Shown here: piece by piece, positions 28,986 through 39,717 of the stretch
Position numbering within the stretch: position 1 is the stretch's first letter
Layout of the letters: each line of letters opens with the position of its first letter
NCBI GenBank assembly: GCA_021773395.1
Contig: JAJFKB010000001.1
Location: forward strand, 1,955 to 65,954
Reading direction: 5' to 3'
DNA length: 64,000 bases
Source: Gammaproteobacteria bacterium
GTDB taxonomy: Bacteria > Pseudomonadota > Gammaproteobacteria > Pseudomonadales > IMCC2047
Made by a program: the position numbers and the translations under genes
The notes under the pieces: model-generated
Databases searched by the model: none
Seen by the model: the letters and a program-made list of their open reading frames with translations, nothing else
Told to the model about the DNA's origin: nothing

Positions 28986-29426
28986 ATGCGCAAGTTTCAC
29001 CGATCCCTACCCATGTCTTTGCTAAAAGCGCGCGAAGCGGTCATGAGAAAATTTACGCCGTCGCTGAGAGAGCACAACCTGTCGGCCCAGCAATGGCGTG
29101 TTCTACGAATTCTCATAGAAGCACAGAAACTCGACATCAAAGAGCTTTCTGAACGCTGCCACCTGCTTGCACCCAGCGTTTCCCGTATCATCCAAAATCT
29201 TGAGAAACGGCAGCTGGTAAAGCGTGAGACAGTACCGAGCGATCAGCGCAGCTCAGCTATTTCAATTACAAATAAGGGCCGCGATCTGTTTGAGCTGATC
29301 GCACCAGTATCCGAATCGCGCTACGATTATATTACCGAGCAATTCGGATATGGAAAACTCGAGCTACTTTACGAACTGCTGGACGAGCTTATAGAAAAGC
29401 TGGACGAACCAGCGGAAAATAGCTAA
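28986..29426 (+). CDS. hpaR: MarR-family regulator (HpaR-like)
   Basis: Track start is TTG at 28971, and the ATG at 28986 is more likely. Winged HTH (LSAQQWRVLRIL...LAPSVSRIIQNLEKRQLVKR). It is the last gene of the hpa plus-strand operon. Confidence 0.75.
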   Translation: MRKFHRSLPMSLLKAREAVMRKFTPSLREHNLSAQQWRVLRILIEAQKLDIKELSERCHLLAPSVSRIIQNLEKRQLVKRETVPSDQRSSAISITNKGRDLFELIAPVSESRYDYITEQFGYGKLELLYELLDELIEKLDEPAENS

Positions 29427-29524
29427 GGAACCTCTGACTAACTCCTTAATACACAGGCGATACTTATCTGTAAATTATCGCCTGGACAAACTTTGACCTT
29501 CGCAGTTTCAAGCAATAAGACCAG

Positions 29525-30979
29525 TCAAACCGTCAATAAAGTCACAGAAGGTGTATTCAGCGTCTCTTCTGAACTAAAACCTCTTACCAGAACAATGTAA
29601 TCGCCCGCTTCAGCAACACCTGATGCTTTGGCAACTTCGCGAGCCAAATGATTTGGGTGTTCACTGCCGGCTTCATCCGCCAATATTGGCGCCGTGCCCC
29701 ATTGTAAATTCAACCTTCGGTAGGTCGCGGGATCAGCAGAAATGGCGAGCAACGGTACTGATGGCCGCGCTGAACTGATAGTTACCGCAGACATCCCCGT
29801 TTTCGACAGACTGACAATGGCTTTTACATTGAGCTGCTTGGCAAGATTCAAGGCAGCATCCGCGACTGCGTGGCCAAAGGGCACTTGCCGGTAATCCGCA
29901 AGGTGGCGCGCCAGCTCTTCAAAATTATGCTCTTCAGACATATAGGCTTCAGTCTGATGGATAATACGTGACATCATCTGCACCGTTTCCACCGGGTAGG
30001 AACCAGCTGCCGTTTCTCCCGAGAGCATCACTGCATCGGCACCTTCTGTCACCGCCTGAGAAATATCAGAAACTTCTGCACGAGAGGGCTGTGTCGACTC
30101 CATCATCGATTCAAGCATCTGCGTGGCTACAATGGCCGGACGATTATGCTCACGCGCCATATCAATCAGTTTACGTTGTGCGACTGGCACCTCCTCCGGC
30201 TTTAACTCTACACCCAGATCGCCACGCGCGACCATGATGGCATCTGACGCACAGATAATACCTATCGCATTTACCAGCGCCTCGGGCTTTTCAAATTTTG
30301 AAATAATGCCAGCGCAATGACCGCCCCGCTCAATAATCTCGCGTAGCTCTTTAACGTCCTCCTCACGCCGGACAAAAGAAAGCGCCAAAAAATCCACTCC
30401 TAATCCCAGCGCAAATTCGGCATCTTTATGATCTTTTTCAGTGACCGAGGGTGCGGAAACATCAACACCCGGCAAGTTAATACCCTTGTGGTTCTTCAGC
30501 ATTCCACCATGTACAACGGCACATTGAACTTCGGTATCTGATATGGACTCCACCCGCAGTTCCATCTTACCGTCATCCAGCAGAATACGATCCCCCACCG
30601 TAACATCATTGGCCAAGGCTTCATATTGTGAAGGTATCAAGCCGTCTTCGCCGATAACATCACGTGTGGTTACCGTCACATTGGTGCCGGAAACCAGCTC
30701 CATCTGATCTCCTATAAATAACCCGGTTCTTATTTTCGGACCACAAAGGTCGGCGAACACCGCCACTGGATTATTTTTTGCCGCTGCAATCGTTCGCACA
30801 CGCTCATAAGTGGCCTGATGATCCTCATGTTTACCATGAGACATATTCAGCCTAAACACGTTGACGCCAGCGTCGATTAGATCTGCAATAGTTTCCGCAT
30901 CGGCACTGGCAGGACCCAGGGTTGCTACGATTTTTGTTCTTCTGCTGTGCAGTAAATCCAGTTTTGTTTTAATAACCAT
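29525..30979 (-). CDS. Pyruvate kinase
   Basis: Track ORF runs to 31090. The ATG at 30979 gives MVIKTKLDLLHSRRTKIVATLGPAS. Motifs NMSHG and MVARGDLGVE are present. Confidence 0.9.
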   Translation of the reverse strand: MVIKTKLDLLHSRRTKIVATLGPASADAETIADLIDAGVNVFRLNMSHGKHEDHQATYERVRTIAAAKNNPVAVFADLCGPKIRTGLFIGDQMELVSGTNVTVTTRDVIGEDGLIPSQYEALANDVTVGDRILLDDGKMELRVESISDTEVQCAVVHGGMLKNHKGINLPGVDVSAPSVTEKDHKDAEFALGLGVDFLALSFVRREEDVKELREIIERGGHCAGIISKFEKPEALVNAIGIICASDAIMVARGDLGVELKPEEVPVAQRKLIDMAREHNRPAIVATQMLESMMESTQPSRAEVSDISQAVTEGADAVMLSGETAAGSYPVETVQMMSRIIHQTEAYMSEEHNFEELARHLADYRQVPFGHAVADAALNLAKQLNVKAIVSLSKTGMSAVTISSARPSVPLLAISADPATYRRLNLQWGTAPILADEAGSEHPNHLAREVAKASGVAEAGDYIVLVRGFSSEETLNTPSVTLLTV

Positions 30980-31310
30980 TATCTTGTTCCTGGTGAGTAA
31001 GTGCGCGACTCTAGTTCCCACAACATCCTGAGATCCACTTATATAGTTATAGCAGTAATACGCAACTCCTGCGCTAAATGACAGCGACAAACCGTCACCG
31101 AAGCAATTTTAGATCAAAGCCAATATGCATAGGGGCCTGAGAGCCATTCTAGGCGTACTGGTGAAATATTTGGGCTCAAGACAGCGGTAGCAAAATAGCG
31201 GGAAATTTGTGGCAGGTCATTTAAACAACTAAAATATTTAGCGCTCAAGGCACTCAGCGCAGGGACTGCTGCGGCTGAAAAAAGTAGCGGTATAGTGGCT
31301 GTGAAATCTA

Positions 31311-32090
31311 CTAATAGAGCTCTCGCACCTCCACCCCTTTTGAGGCCATATAGTCCTTTGCTTCCTGCACGCTATACTCACCAAAATGGAAAATGCTGGC
31401 GGCTAACACGGCATCCGCCTTACCCTGCAATACGCCTTCCGCAAGGTGCTCCAGGTTACCCACTCCTCCCGAAGCGATAACGGGTACTGTTACTGCCTCA
31501 CTGATACCGCGCGTCAACTCAAGATCAAAGCCTATTTTTGTACCATCACGGTCCATGCTGGTCAGCAGTATTTCACCAGCGCCCAGGCTTACCATTTTTT
31601 GCGCCCACTCGATAGCGTCTAATCCGGTTTGTTTACGCCCGCCGTGGGTGAAAATCTCCCATCGTCCAGGTTCACCCGCCTGACTCACCTTTTTTGCATC
31701 GATCGCCACCACAATACACTGCGACCCAAATTTTTCAGCGGCTTCGCGTACTAGCTCAGGGTTATGAACCGCCGCTGTATTAATCGTCACTTTGTCAGCC
31801 CCGGCATTCAGCATGCGACGAATATCCTCCAAGGCGCGGATACCACCGCCCACCGTCAAAGGAATGAAAACCTGACTGGCAATCTCTTCTACCACGTGCA
31901 CCATGGTGTCACGATCTTCGTGGCTCGCGGTGATATCAAGAAATGTGATTTCATCAGCGCCCTGCTGATCATAACGCTTGGCGATTTCCACCGGATCACC
32001 GGCATCGCGAATCTCTACAAATTTCACACCTTTGACCACTCGGCCATTGTCCACATCCAAGCAGGGTATAATACGCTTTGCCAGGCTCAT
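31311..32090 (-). CDS. hisF: Imidazole glycerol phosphate synthase cyclase subunit
   Basis: [13 protein letters not shown]..., 259 aa. Sits in the hisBHAF order. Confidence 0.95.
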   Translation of the reverse strand: MSLAKRIIPCLDVDNGRVVKGVKFVEIRDAGDPVEIAKRYDQQGADEITFLDITASHEDRDTMVHVVEEIASQVFIPLTVGGGIRALEDIRRMLNAGADKVTINTAAVHNPELVREAAEKFGSQCIVVAIDAKKVSQAGEPGRWEIFTHGGRKQTGLDAIEWAQKMVSLGAGEILLTSMDRDGTKIGFDLELTRGISEAVTVPVIASGGVGNLEHLAEGVLQGKADAVLAASIFHFGEYSVQEAKDYMASKGVEVRELY

Positions 32091-32127
32091 ATCAGTTACC
32101 TATTATTTCGTTTGGCGTTGTTTACGC

Positions 32128-32865
32128 TTAGTCTGACATCTCATCACAGAGTTTCTGCGCTTCACTCAGGTTGAGTGAACCCTCATAGATAGCGCGCCCG
32201 GTTATTGCGCCACAGATACCATCCCCGGCCACCTTGGCCAGCGACCGAATATCTTCAATATCGGTCACTCCACCGGAAGCGATCACATCAATGCCACAGG
32301 ATCTGGCGAGCCGCCTAGTCGCTTCTATATTGACCCCTTGCATCATGCCGTCACGACTAATGTCCGTGTACACAATAGCGCTGACACCCGCTTTTTTAAA
32401 CTGTTTGGCCAGATCAATAGCTTCCACTTGGGATACTTCAGCCCATCCGTCAGTGGCTACCTTTCCGTCCTTTGCATCAAGCCCAACAATAATATGACCA
32501 GGAAATTCTCGGCAGGCTTCAAATACGAAATCAGGTTCTTTAACAGCTTGAGTGCCAATAATTGCGTAATCCACACCTGCGTCGAGATAGGCTTTTATCG
32601 TTTCCAATGAACGAATGCCGCCGCCAATCTGTATCGGTAGCTTGGGGTAGGCTGCAGCGATCGCCTTCACAATTTCACCATTGACCGGCTCCCCTGCAAA
32701 AGCGCCATTGAGATCAACAAGGTGGAGACGCCGGGCCCCCTGCTCCACCCAACGTCGCGCCATCGCTACCGGATCGTCAGAAAATACTGTTGAGTCATCC
32801 ATCAGACCCTGGCGCAACCGTACGCATTCGCCATCTTTTAAATCAATTGCCGGTATAACAAGCAT
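32128..32865 (-). CDS. hisA: ProFAR isomerase
   Basis: The internal ATG at 32865 gives [17 protein letters not shown]. It overlaps the hisH stop (TAATG). Confidence 0.93.
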   Translation of the reverse strand: MLVIPAIDLKDGECVRLRQGLMDDSTVFSDDPVAMARRWVEQGARRLHLVDLNGAFAGEPVNGEIVKAIAAAYPKLPIQIGGGIRSLETIKAYLDAGVDYAIIGTQAVKEPDFVFEACREFPGHIIVGLDAKDGKVATDGWAEVSQVEAIDLAKQFKKAGVSAIVYTDISRDGMMQGVNIEATRRLARSCGIDVIASGGVTDIEDIRSLAKVAGDGICGAITGRAIYEGSLNLSEAQKLCDEMSD

Positions 32866-33515
32866 TAACTCTCTCCATCCCACTTTATAAAGTTGGCTAA
32901 CAACTGCAGACCAGCCTTCTGGCTTTTTTCCGGGTGGAATTGAACTGCAAACAGATTTTTACTATATAACGCCGCTGCGAATGGCACACCATATGTACAG
33001 TCGCCTGCCACCTGCTCTGCCCGCTCCGCCTCAACATAGTAGCTATGCACAAAATAAAAACGCGCTCCATCGGGGATTCCAGCCCATAAAGGATGTCTGA
33101 CTCGCTGCGTCACCCGATTCCATCCCATATGGGGCACCTTCAGTCGTTCACCATTTTCATCTTTCAAAGGATTACCAAAGAATCTGACTTTTCCAGGAAA
33201 CAGGCCAAGACAATCTACGCCTTCATTTTCTTCGCTGAAATCCATTAGCGCCTGAATTCCCACGCAAATAGCCAGTACAGGCTTTTGCTTTACTGCCTCA
33301 CGCACCAATGAGTCGAAACCCAAACGACGAATTTCAGACATGCAATCCCTGATTGCGCCAACACCTGGCAGCAAAATTCGATCACAGCGAGTGATTACTT
33401 CCGGATCCGAACTGACTACAACATCAGCACCATCAGCCACGTGCTCAAGTGCCTTGGCCGCTGAGTGAAGATTACCCATGCCATAGTCAATAACGCCTAT
33501 ACGGCCTATTGCCAT
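32865..33515 (-). CDS. hisH: Imidazole glycerol phosphate synthase glutaminase subunit
   Basis: [12 protein letters not shown], with Cys in LAICVG and the FHPEKS motif. Confidence 0.93.
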   Translation of the reverse strand: MAIGRIGVIDYGMGNLHSAAKALEHVADGADVVVSSDPEVITRCDRILLPGVGAIRDCMSEIRRLGFDSLVREAVKQKPVLAICVGIQALMDFSEENEGVDCLGLFPGKVRFFGNPLKDENGERLKVPHMGWNRVTQRVRHPLWAGIPDGARFYFVHSYYVEAERAEQVAGDCTYGVPFAAALYSKNLFAVQFHPEKSQKAGLQLLANFIKWDGES

Positions 33516-33590
33516 TTGCTCAATACCCTCAATGAATTAAATGATCCAGCGCCTTTATGAGATGGATATCGCAATAAAAAGGCGTGTCGA

Positions 33591-34184
33591 TTACAGCGTG
33601 CCTTTAGTGGAGGGTGTGATACCCGCCATGCGGTCATCTGGCGTTAATGCCATGCGCAACGCACGCCCAAACGCCTTAAATACGGTTTCTGCCTGGTGGT
33701 GCGCATTATGCCCACGGATATTGTCCACATGCAGCGTCACCAAAGCGTGATTCACAAACCCTTGAAAAAACTCATAAAAAAGATCCACGTCAAAGCCACC
33801 CACCATTGCCCTTACAAATGGCACGTCGTATTCAACCCCGGGACGACCGGAAAAATCGACGACTACTCTTGAAAGCGCTTCATCCAAAGGCACATAGGCG
33901 TGACCGTAGCGGCATAGGCCCTTTTTATCACCCACCGCCTCTTTGAAAGCCTGTCCGAGCGTAATACCAATGTCCTCAACAGTGTGGTGCGCATCTATCT
34001 CCAGATCTCCGCTAGCATCTACCTCGATATCAATCATGCCGTGCCTTGCGACCTGATCCAGCATGTGATCAAGAAAAGGCAGCCCGGTAGCAAAACTGCC
34101 CACTCCCGTACCATCCAGATTCACGGACACCTTTATTTGGGTTTCCAGGGTATTTCGTTCTATGCTGGCTTTACGTTCAGCCAT
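33591..34184 (-). CDS. hisB: Imidazoleglycerol-phosphate dehydratase
   Basis: 197 aa monofunctional form with IDAHHTVED and GHNAHH metal motifs. Confidence 0.93.
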   Translation of the reverse strand: MAERKASIERNTLETQIKVSVNLDGTGVGSFATGLPFLDHMLDQVARHGMIDIEVDASGDLEIDAHHTVEDIGITLGQAFKEAVGDKKGLCRYGHAYVPLDEALSRVVVDFSGRPGVEYDVPFVRAMVGGFDVDLFYEFFQGFVNHALVTLHVDNIRGHNAHHQAETVFKAFGRALRMALTPDDRMAGITPSTKGTL

Positions 34185-34301
34185 GCTATCTACTCCCTTG
34201 TTTTAATGGTCGCTATTATACGGCCTGTCTGGGCTCACGCAAACCAATAGAGCACTTTTTAATCACCGAAAACGGTATAACAAAAACCTCACAATACTTA
34301 T

Positions 34302-34377
34302 TGTGCACCGCAAAATAAATATTGACACGCGCCCATTAGAATCTTACTATTTACTGGCTTATTTTGCATTGCAAAAT
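34302..34377. promoter_or_regulatory. Two related TTxTGCA-NN-GCAAAAT boxes upstream of the phasin-like gene
   Basis: 34361-34377 ATTTTGCATTGCAAAAT is a perfect 8+1+8 palindrome. 34302-34316 TGTGCACCGCAAAAT is a degenerate copy about 60 bp upstream. Confidence 0.3.
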
Positions 34378-34394
34378 TAATTTGGAGAATTATC

Positions 34395-34802
34395 ATGAAC
34401 AACTTTCAAGATCAACTGGGCAAATTACTCAACCTTGAACAACTGCAGGATGCGGTTAAAGATCTTTATGATAGTGATGCGCTCACCCAAAAAATTCAAG
34501 AGAATGTCAAGCTGGCCTCTAAGCTGATTGAAGCCAACACAGCAGCAGCCAGTGACGCCATGATCATGCAGTCAGCCAAAATGCGCGACGGTGTTGAAAG
34601 CGCCCTCAAACAGGCAGATACTCTTGCGGGCTGCAAGGACCTGAATACCGCAATGGAATCACAGAAAAAGTTCGGTCAAACATCCAAAGATGCGCTTCTT
34701 GAACAAGCATGGATGAATATCGGTCTGGCTGTGAATGCTCTTGAAACCAATATTGAAATCATCAAGGAAGCAACTCAACTAGGTAAGGATGCCAAAAAAT
34801 AA
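34395..34802 (+). CDS. Phasin-like small helical protein
   Basis: 135 aa, predicted all-helical, A/K/E/Q-rich with no TM segment (…KLIEANTAAASDAMIMQSAKMRDGVESALKQ…). Its resemblance to phasin-family proteins is my judgement only. Confidence 0.45.
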   Translation: MNNFQDQLGKLLNLEQLQDAVKDLYDSDALTQKIQENVKLASKLIEANTAAASDAMIMQSAKMRDGVESALKQADTLAGCKDLNTAMESQKKFGQTSKDALLEQAWMNIGLAVNALETNIEIIKEATQLGKDAKK

Positions 34803-34851
34803 TACCGATCCGCTGGCTATTAAAGCTAGCTGATAATAAGTTTCTGTTCCT

Positions 34852-34889
34852 CGGAGCCGTCTTTGGTCAGACTTGGGCGGCTCCTTTTT
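34852..34889 (+). terminator. Rho-independent terminator 1 after the phasin-like gene
   Basis: Stem GGAGCCG / CGGCTCC with an 18-nt loop, followed by TTTTTG. Confidence 0.5.
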
Positions 34890-34900
34890 GCAGGGAAAGC

Positions 34901-34927
34901 GACCCGGACTTCGGTCCGGGTTTTTTT
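34901..34927 (+). terminator. Rho-independent terminator 2 (strong)
   Basis: ACCCGGAC-TTCG-GTCCGGGT followed by T7. It lies between convergent genes, with the ubiI stop at 34945. Confidence 0.75.
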
Positions 34928-34944
34928 TGCTACCCCTTTACCCT

Positions 34945-36237
34945 CTAGCCCTCTGATGCATCAGAAACCTGCGAATTACCGGGGCGTGCCAAAATGGGAA
35001 GATCACCGGTTACACCCATCGCCCTTGCTGCAATATGATTTTTGACCGGCGCAAGCTGATTCATCAGGTTCATTCCTGTATTACGCGCCCAACGAACTGC
35101 CGGGGAAGTCTGTGCAAATAACTCTTTGAATCCGCGCATAAGATTCATCATCAGCAAATTATCAGCCACTCGACGCCTCTGGTAGCGAGACAACAGGCTG
35201 GGATCGGCCAAAGGCAGGCCGCGCCTTAACGCTCTGATAATCTCCTCAGCCAGCACCGCTGCGTCAAGAAAACCCAGATTTACTCCCTGCCCGGCAAGAG
35301 GGTGAATGGTATGAGCAGCATCACCTACCAGCGCAACTCCCGGGGCTTTGTAAGTCGTTGCATGTCTTTGATACAAAGGGAACTGGAAGCGCTTGGCCAC
35401 CGCCATGATATTCCCCAATCTATATTCAAACGCCCGCCCTAGCGCATCAGCAAATTCCTGATCCTGTAACGCCATTATGGATGAGGCCTCCTCAGTGTCC
35501 AGCGACCAAACAATAGAACAACTGTGGCTATCATTGCTCCCACCCATCAGTGGCAGGAATGCCAATGGCCCGGTCGACAGAAATCGTTGCCATGCGGTCG
35601 CCTGATGAGAAAATTCGGTACTCACCGTAGTCACGATCGCACACTGTTGATAATCACGCTGCTTAATGGAAATACCCGACAGCTCTCTTACTTTAGAGTG
35701 CGCCCCATCGGCGCCCACCAGGAGCGTTGCTGAGCATTTCGAGCCATCCTGGAGTTGCACCAGATTCATCCCATCTTTATTGATAGACAGCCCAGCGATA
35801 CTGGCAGGTGCGATTATTTCAACATGATCAAGTTCAGCAAGCCTTTGATAAAGACCTGCGCTAATCAGAGAATTTTCGATGATATAGCCCAAAGACATTT
35901 GTCCAATATCACCCGCATCAAATGCTATCTGCCCAGTACCTTCCGCATCCCACACACACATACGCTCAAAGGGGCAATGACGATATTGGGAAATAAAGCT
36001 CCAGACGCCTATATTGTCTAAGAAATTACGCGAAGCCTGGGTCAATGCACTGACACGAGGTTCAAAATCAGATTCTTTGCGAGGAGGCATGCGCATCGGG
36101 ATCTGCTGCGCTTCAACGACGGCTACCCTTAGATTTTGTTCACCCAGGGCACAGGCAAGCGCTGCACCGACCATCCCACCACCGGCGATAAGCAGGTCAA
36201 AATCAGAACTCTTTGGTTTCGAGATCGTCCTTTGCAC
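34945..36237 (-). CDS. ubiI: UbiH/UbiF/VisC family FAD-dependent ubiquinone hydroxylase (UbiI/VisC position)
   Basis: DLLIAGGGMVGAALA dinucleotide fold and the GDAAH motif. Sits in the pepP-ubiH-visC synteny. Confidence 0.8.
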   Translation of the reverse strand: MQRTISKPKSSDFDLLIAGGGMVGAALACALGEQNLRVAVVEAQQIPMRMPPRKESDFEPRVSALTQASRNFLDNIGVWSFISQYRHCPFERMCVWDAEGTGQIAFDAGDIGQMSLGYIIENSLISAGLYQRLAELDHVEIIAPASIAGLSINKDGMNLVQLQDGSKCSATLLVGADGAHSKVRELSGISIKQRDYQQCAIVTTVSTEFSHQATAWQRFLSTGPLAFLPLMGGSNDSHSCSIVWSLDTEEASSIMALQDQEFADALGRAFEYRLGNIMAVAKRFQFPLYQRHATTYKAPGVALVGDAAHTIHPLAGQGVNLGFLDAAVLAEEIIRALRRGLPLADPSLLSRYQRRRVADNLLMMNLMRGFKELFAQTSPAVRWARNTGMNLMNQLAPVKNHIAARAMGVTGDLPILARPGNSQVSDASEG

Positions 36238-36238
36238 T

Positions 36239-37525
36239 TTAATTTTTCCAGTCTGTTCGAGCTAATGCACTTTGTCCAAAACCCATTGCCTGTTGCGCAA
36301 AAAGCCTCTTGGTAACAGGTAATAGATCCAACGTCACTAAGCCAAAATCTCGCAGTCGGCTCAACAACAGATCATTATTGGAAAATAAGCGAACGCTGCC
36401 ATCCGTAAAACGAATAGTCTTCTCCTGATCCTGCTGTCTAAGCTTCGAATACTGCCGCAGTACATCCGCAGAACCAAGCGGCCTACCCATTTGCGCCGCC
36501 TCGCCGAGCAGAGCGGCCAGATCTGCAACTCCTCGTAACGCCAGATTAAAACCCTGTCCGGCGACAGGGTGAAGTGTATGCGCAGCGTTCCCCACGACGA
36601 CCAAGCCAGGACGAAACTGATCTTTCGCCCATCGCAGCGAGAGCGGATAAGCGTACCTCTCGCCAACCTTAAGAAATCGCCCCAAGCGAAAACCAAACCG
36701 CTGCTGTAGCTGCTCAAGAAAATCACTATCGCTAAGCGCCATGAGGTCATCCACCCCAGACCGATCAACAGTCAAGACCAGCGCGCAGCGACTCTGAGCA
36801 ACTTGATCCTCTTTATGCTCATATAATGGCAACATTGCGATTGGCCCCTCACTGGTAAATCGCTCATAGGCTACATTGTTATGTGGCTGTTGAGCGGTAA
36901 CATTGGCGATGATCGCCTGCTGCTGATAATCATGTTTATCTACCAGCATACCCATTTTTTCACTCAGGCCCGATCGTCCTCCATCAGCGATAACTACCAA
37001 CTGGGCGTCAATCCTAAGCTGCTTACCCTGCTCCTCAATGACTATTTGTGTAACATCACTTCCAGGCAGCAGTTCAACCACCTGCGCCGGACAGAGAAAA
37101 GTTACGCCCTGCTGTTTGATCTGATCCAACAACACCTGTCCCATCCAGGCATTTTCCACGACATAACCCAGCGCCTCGACGCCATAATCAGCCGCTTTTA
37201 TACGCACACTGCCAAAATGCCCTTTATCTGAGACATGAATACGCTCAATGGGAGTAACAGCTGAGCGCAGCTGATCCCATACGCCGATTTTCCGCAGAAT
37301 ATTACTACTACCCCAGGACAAAGCAGTCGAACGCGCATCGTAGCTCAGCTGATATTGATCGGGAGAATAGCTTTCCGGTAGAGCAAAAGCCTCAACTACA
37401 GCAACCTTAAGACCCTGTTCACGAATCACAGGCAGTAACGCGCAAAGCAGGCTGGCACCGACCATCCCGGCACCCACTATGAGCAGGTCGAAGCTTTTGG
37501 CTCTGTCCACGGCGCTGCCGTTCAC
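36239..37525 (-). CDS. ubiH: 2-octaprenyl-6-methoxyphenol hydroxylase
   Basis: DLLIVGAGMVGASL and GNAAHTLHPVAGQG. It follows pepP with a 4-nt overlap. Confidence 0.85.
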   Translation of the reverse strand: MNGSAVDRAKSFDLLIVGAGMVGASLLCALLPVIREQGLKVAVVEAFALPESYSPDQYQLSYDARSTALSWGSSNILRKIGVWDQLRSAVTPIERIHVSDKGHFGSVRIKAADYGVEALGYVVENAWMGQVLLDQIKQQGVTFLCPAQVVELLPGSDVTQIVIEEQGKQLRIDAQLVVIADGGRSGLSEKMGMLVDKHDYQQQAIIANVTAQQPHNNVAYERFTSEGPIAMLPLYEHKEDQVAQSRCALVLTVDRSGVDDLMALSDSDFLEQLQQRFGFRLGRFLKVGERYAYPLSLRWAKDQFRPGLVVVGNAAHTLHPVAGQGFNLALRGVADLAALLGEAAQMGRPLGSADVLRQYSKLRQQDQEKTIRFTDGSVRLFSNNDLLLSRLRDFGLVTLDLLPVTKRLFAQQAMGFGQSALARTDWKN

Positions 37526-38838
37526 TTCGACATGAGCTGTTCGATATCCCGGATCTGACGCGGCACCTTATCGGTCATTAACTCGCAACCCTCTTTGGTG
37601 ACCAATACATTATCTTCAATACGGATACCGATACCCTGCCATTTTTTTGCCACACCCTTCGCCTGCGCAGGAATATACAGTCCCGGCTCCACCGTGAGCG
37701 TCATACCCGGCTCCAGCATGCGCCATTCACCACCAACCTTATACTCTCCCACATCGTGGACATCCAGGCCCAACCAGTGTCCCGTCTTATGCATATAAAA
37801 GGGCTTATAGGCTTCCTTTTTCAACAACGTACTCAGTCGTCCTTTAAGCACCCCCAGATCCAGCAATCCCTGAGTAATAATCTCGACAGCCGCCTGATGC
37901 GGTTGATCCCAATGGTTGCCCGGTTTAACTTGCCCAATTGCTGCAAACTGCGCTTCTAATACTATTTCGTATAAAGCACGCTGTTCATTTGAATAGCTGC
38001 CGTTGACCGGATAGGTACGTGTTACATCCCCTGCGTAGTACTGATATTCACAACCCGCATCAACCAGCACCAGGTCACCGTCGATAAGTTCTTTATTGTT
38101 GTCAATGTAGTGCAGTGTGCAGGCATTTGCGCCGCCACCGACAATGCTAGGGTAGGCTGGAGAACGACAACCCTGCTGTATAAACTGCTGCAAATAGACC
38201 CCTTCAAGCTGGTACTCCATCATACCCACCGAACAGGCCTTCATCGCCGCTATATGGGCCTCGGCCGTAATGCGACAGGCCTTCTTCATAATCTGAATTT
38301 CTTTGTTACTTTTATAAAGGCGCAAATCATGCAGAAAATGATCCAGCACGATAAACTCATTAGGCGGCTGGGCGCCACTTCGCACTTTGGAGCGAATCAC
38401 ATTGATCCATTCCATCACCTGCTTATCGAAGTCCGGGTTTGAGCCCATCGAATAAAAAAGCTTGTCACAGCCTTCGATTAACCCGGGTAATATCTCGTCA
38501 ATATCACTGATGGGAAATGCATCATCGGCTCCAAACTGATCACAAACGCCTTCCGGCCCGACAATCCCTCCATCCCACATCTCCTTATTAGGATCCCGTT
38601 CACGGCAAAACATAACAAATTCGCCATGCGCTCTTCCAGGTTTCAGAACCATCACCGCAGCAGGCTCAACAAAACCACTCATGTAATAAAAATCACTATC
38701 CTGTCGATAGGGATATTCGACATCCCGGTTACGGGTTCGTGTCGGTGCCGCAGGCAAAATAGCAATACTGTTCTCTCCCATCAGCGCCATCAGGTTCTTG
38801 CGACGCTGCTGGAATTCCTTTGCGGTAATTTGCATCAA
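37522..38838 (-). CDS. pepP: Xaa-Pro aminopeptidase (M24B)
   Basis: 438 aa with HKTGHWLGLDVHD and VEPG/IRIED metal ligands. Confidence 0.9.
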   Translation of the reverse strand: MMQITAKEFQQRRKNLMALMGENSIAILPAAPTRTRNRDVEYPYRQDSDFYYMSGFVEPAAVMVLKPGRAHGEFVMFCRERDPNKEMWDGGIVGPEGVCDQFGADDAFPISDIDEILPGLIEGCDKLFYSMGSNPDFDKQVMEWINVIRSKVRSGAQPPNEFIVLDHFLHDLRLYKSNKEIQIMKKACRITAEAHIAAMKACSVGMMEYQLEGVYLQQFIQQGCRSPAYPSIVGGGANACTLHYIDNNKELIDGDLVLVDAGCEYQYYAGDVTRTYPVNGSYSNEQRALYEIVLEAQFAAIGQVKPGNHWDQPHQAAVEIITQGLLDLGVLKGRLSTLLKKEAYKPFYMHKTGHWLGLDVHDVGEYKVGGEWRMLEPGMTLTVEPGLYIPAQAKGVAKKWQGIGIRIEDNVLVTKEGCELMTDKVPRQIRDIEQLMSK

Positions 38839-38890
38839 ATACTTCTCTTACATCAGATGGTTTGTGTTTAATTAACTCGGGAGACTCTGA

Positions 38891-39508
38891 CTAGTGAACC
38901 GACGGCGGAGCCTGGTGTGTCGCGGCGTCAGACTGGTTCTCATGAACCTCACTATAAACCAGAATAGTTGCCATACGTACATATTCGATAATCTGCATCA
39001 GATCCTGCTCATTATCGTCACAGTCCTCCAACTGCTCTGCGCCAATACGCACAATTTCAGAAAAGTCGTTAACCGTTTCCCGAGCCTCCTCAGATAATTT
39101 ACTGAGACTATCGACTCCGAAAGCGGCCAAAAACCCCTGACACCACAGACCGATGCTTTCAGCACGCAAACTGAGATCAGTTTCATCATCTGGCAACACC
39201 AGCTCCAGCTCAAAACCCACCCCTTGCAATTGCTGTTTGGTCCACGTGTATAGGTTGAGCATGGCAACCTTGCCTTGCTCGGAGTCAATACGCTTGCGCT
39301 CCAGGTAACTCGCTGCGCGGTCCAGCCAATCCTGCTCAGCATCGGCGACGCCACCTGCCAACTGACCGCAGAGCAATCCATGCAGCTCAGAAGGTGACGC
39401 GAATACACCCAGTTCAACAAACAAATCCGCCAGCTGTTCAAACTGCACGCTTTCTATATCTGCACTCTTATCTACACTCTCCAAACCGGCACTCTCCAAC
39501 TCTTTCAT
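38891..39508 (-). CDS. ygfB: UPF0149 family protein YgfB
   Basis: 205 aa acidic protein located upstream of pepP, as in E. coli. Confidence 0.8.
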   Translation of the reverse strand: MKELESAGLESVDKSADIESVQFEQLADLFVELGVFASPSELHGLLCGQLAGGVADAEQDWLDRAASYLERKRIDSEQGKVAMLNLYTWTKQQLQGVGFELELVLPDDETDLSLRAESIGLWCQGFLAAFGVDSLSKLSEEARETVNDFSEIVRIGAEQLEDCDDNEQDLMQIIEYVRMATILVYSEVHENQSDAATHQAPPSVH

Positions 39509-39717
39509 ACCACCACTGCACCCTGAACTCTTTTCAGCGAACTTTAAAACATACCCCTTCGCACATCAATTTGTATATTGATCCATTGATTTTAAAGGCT
39601 AATCAGCGCCGATAATGCGCACATCATTAGTCCCTATAAATTGATCGCTGGACATTGACCACCACAAAGGACCCAACTATAGTACTATAGGATGCCTAAA
39701 TTAAGAAAAACAATGCT

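Noticed and set aside
30980-31090. Long N-terminal extension of pyruvate kinase (track ORF 521 aa)
   Set aside because: The extension has no homology-like features. The internal ATG at 30979 gives the canonical KIVATLGPAS distance from the N-terminus.
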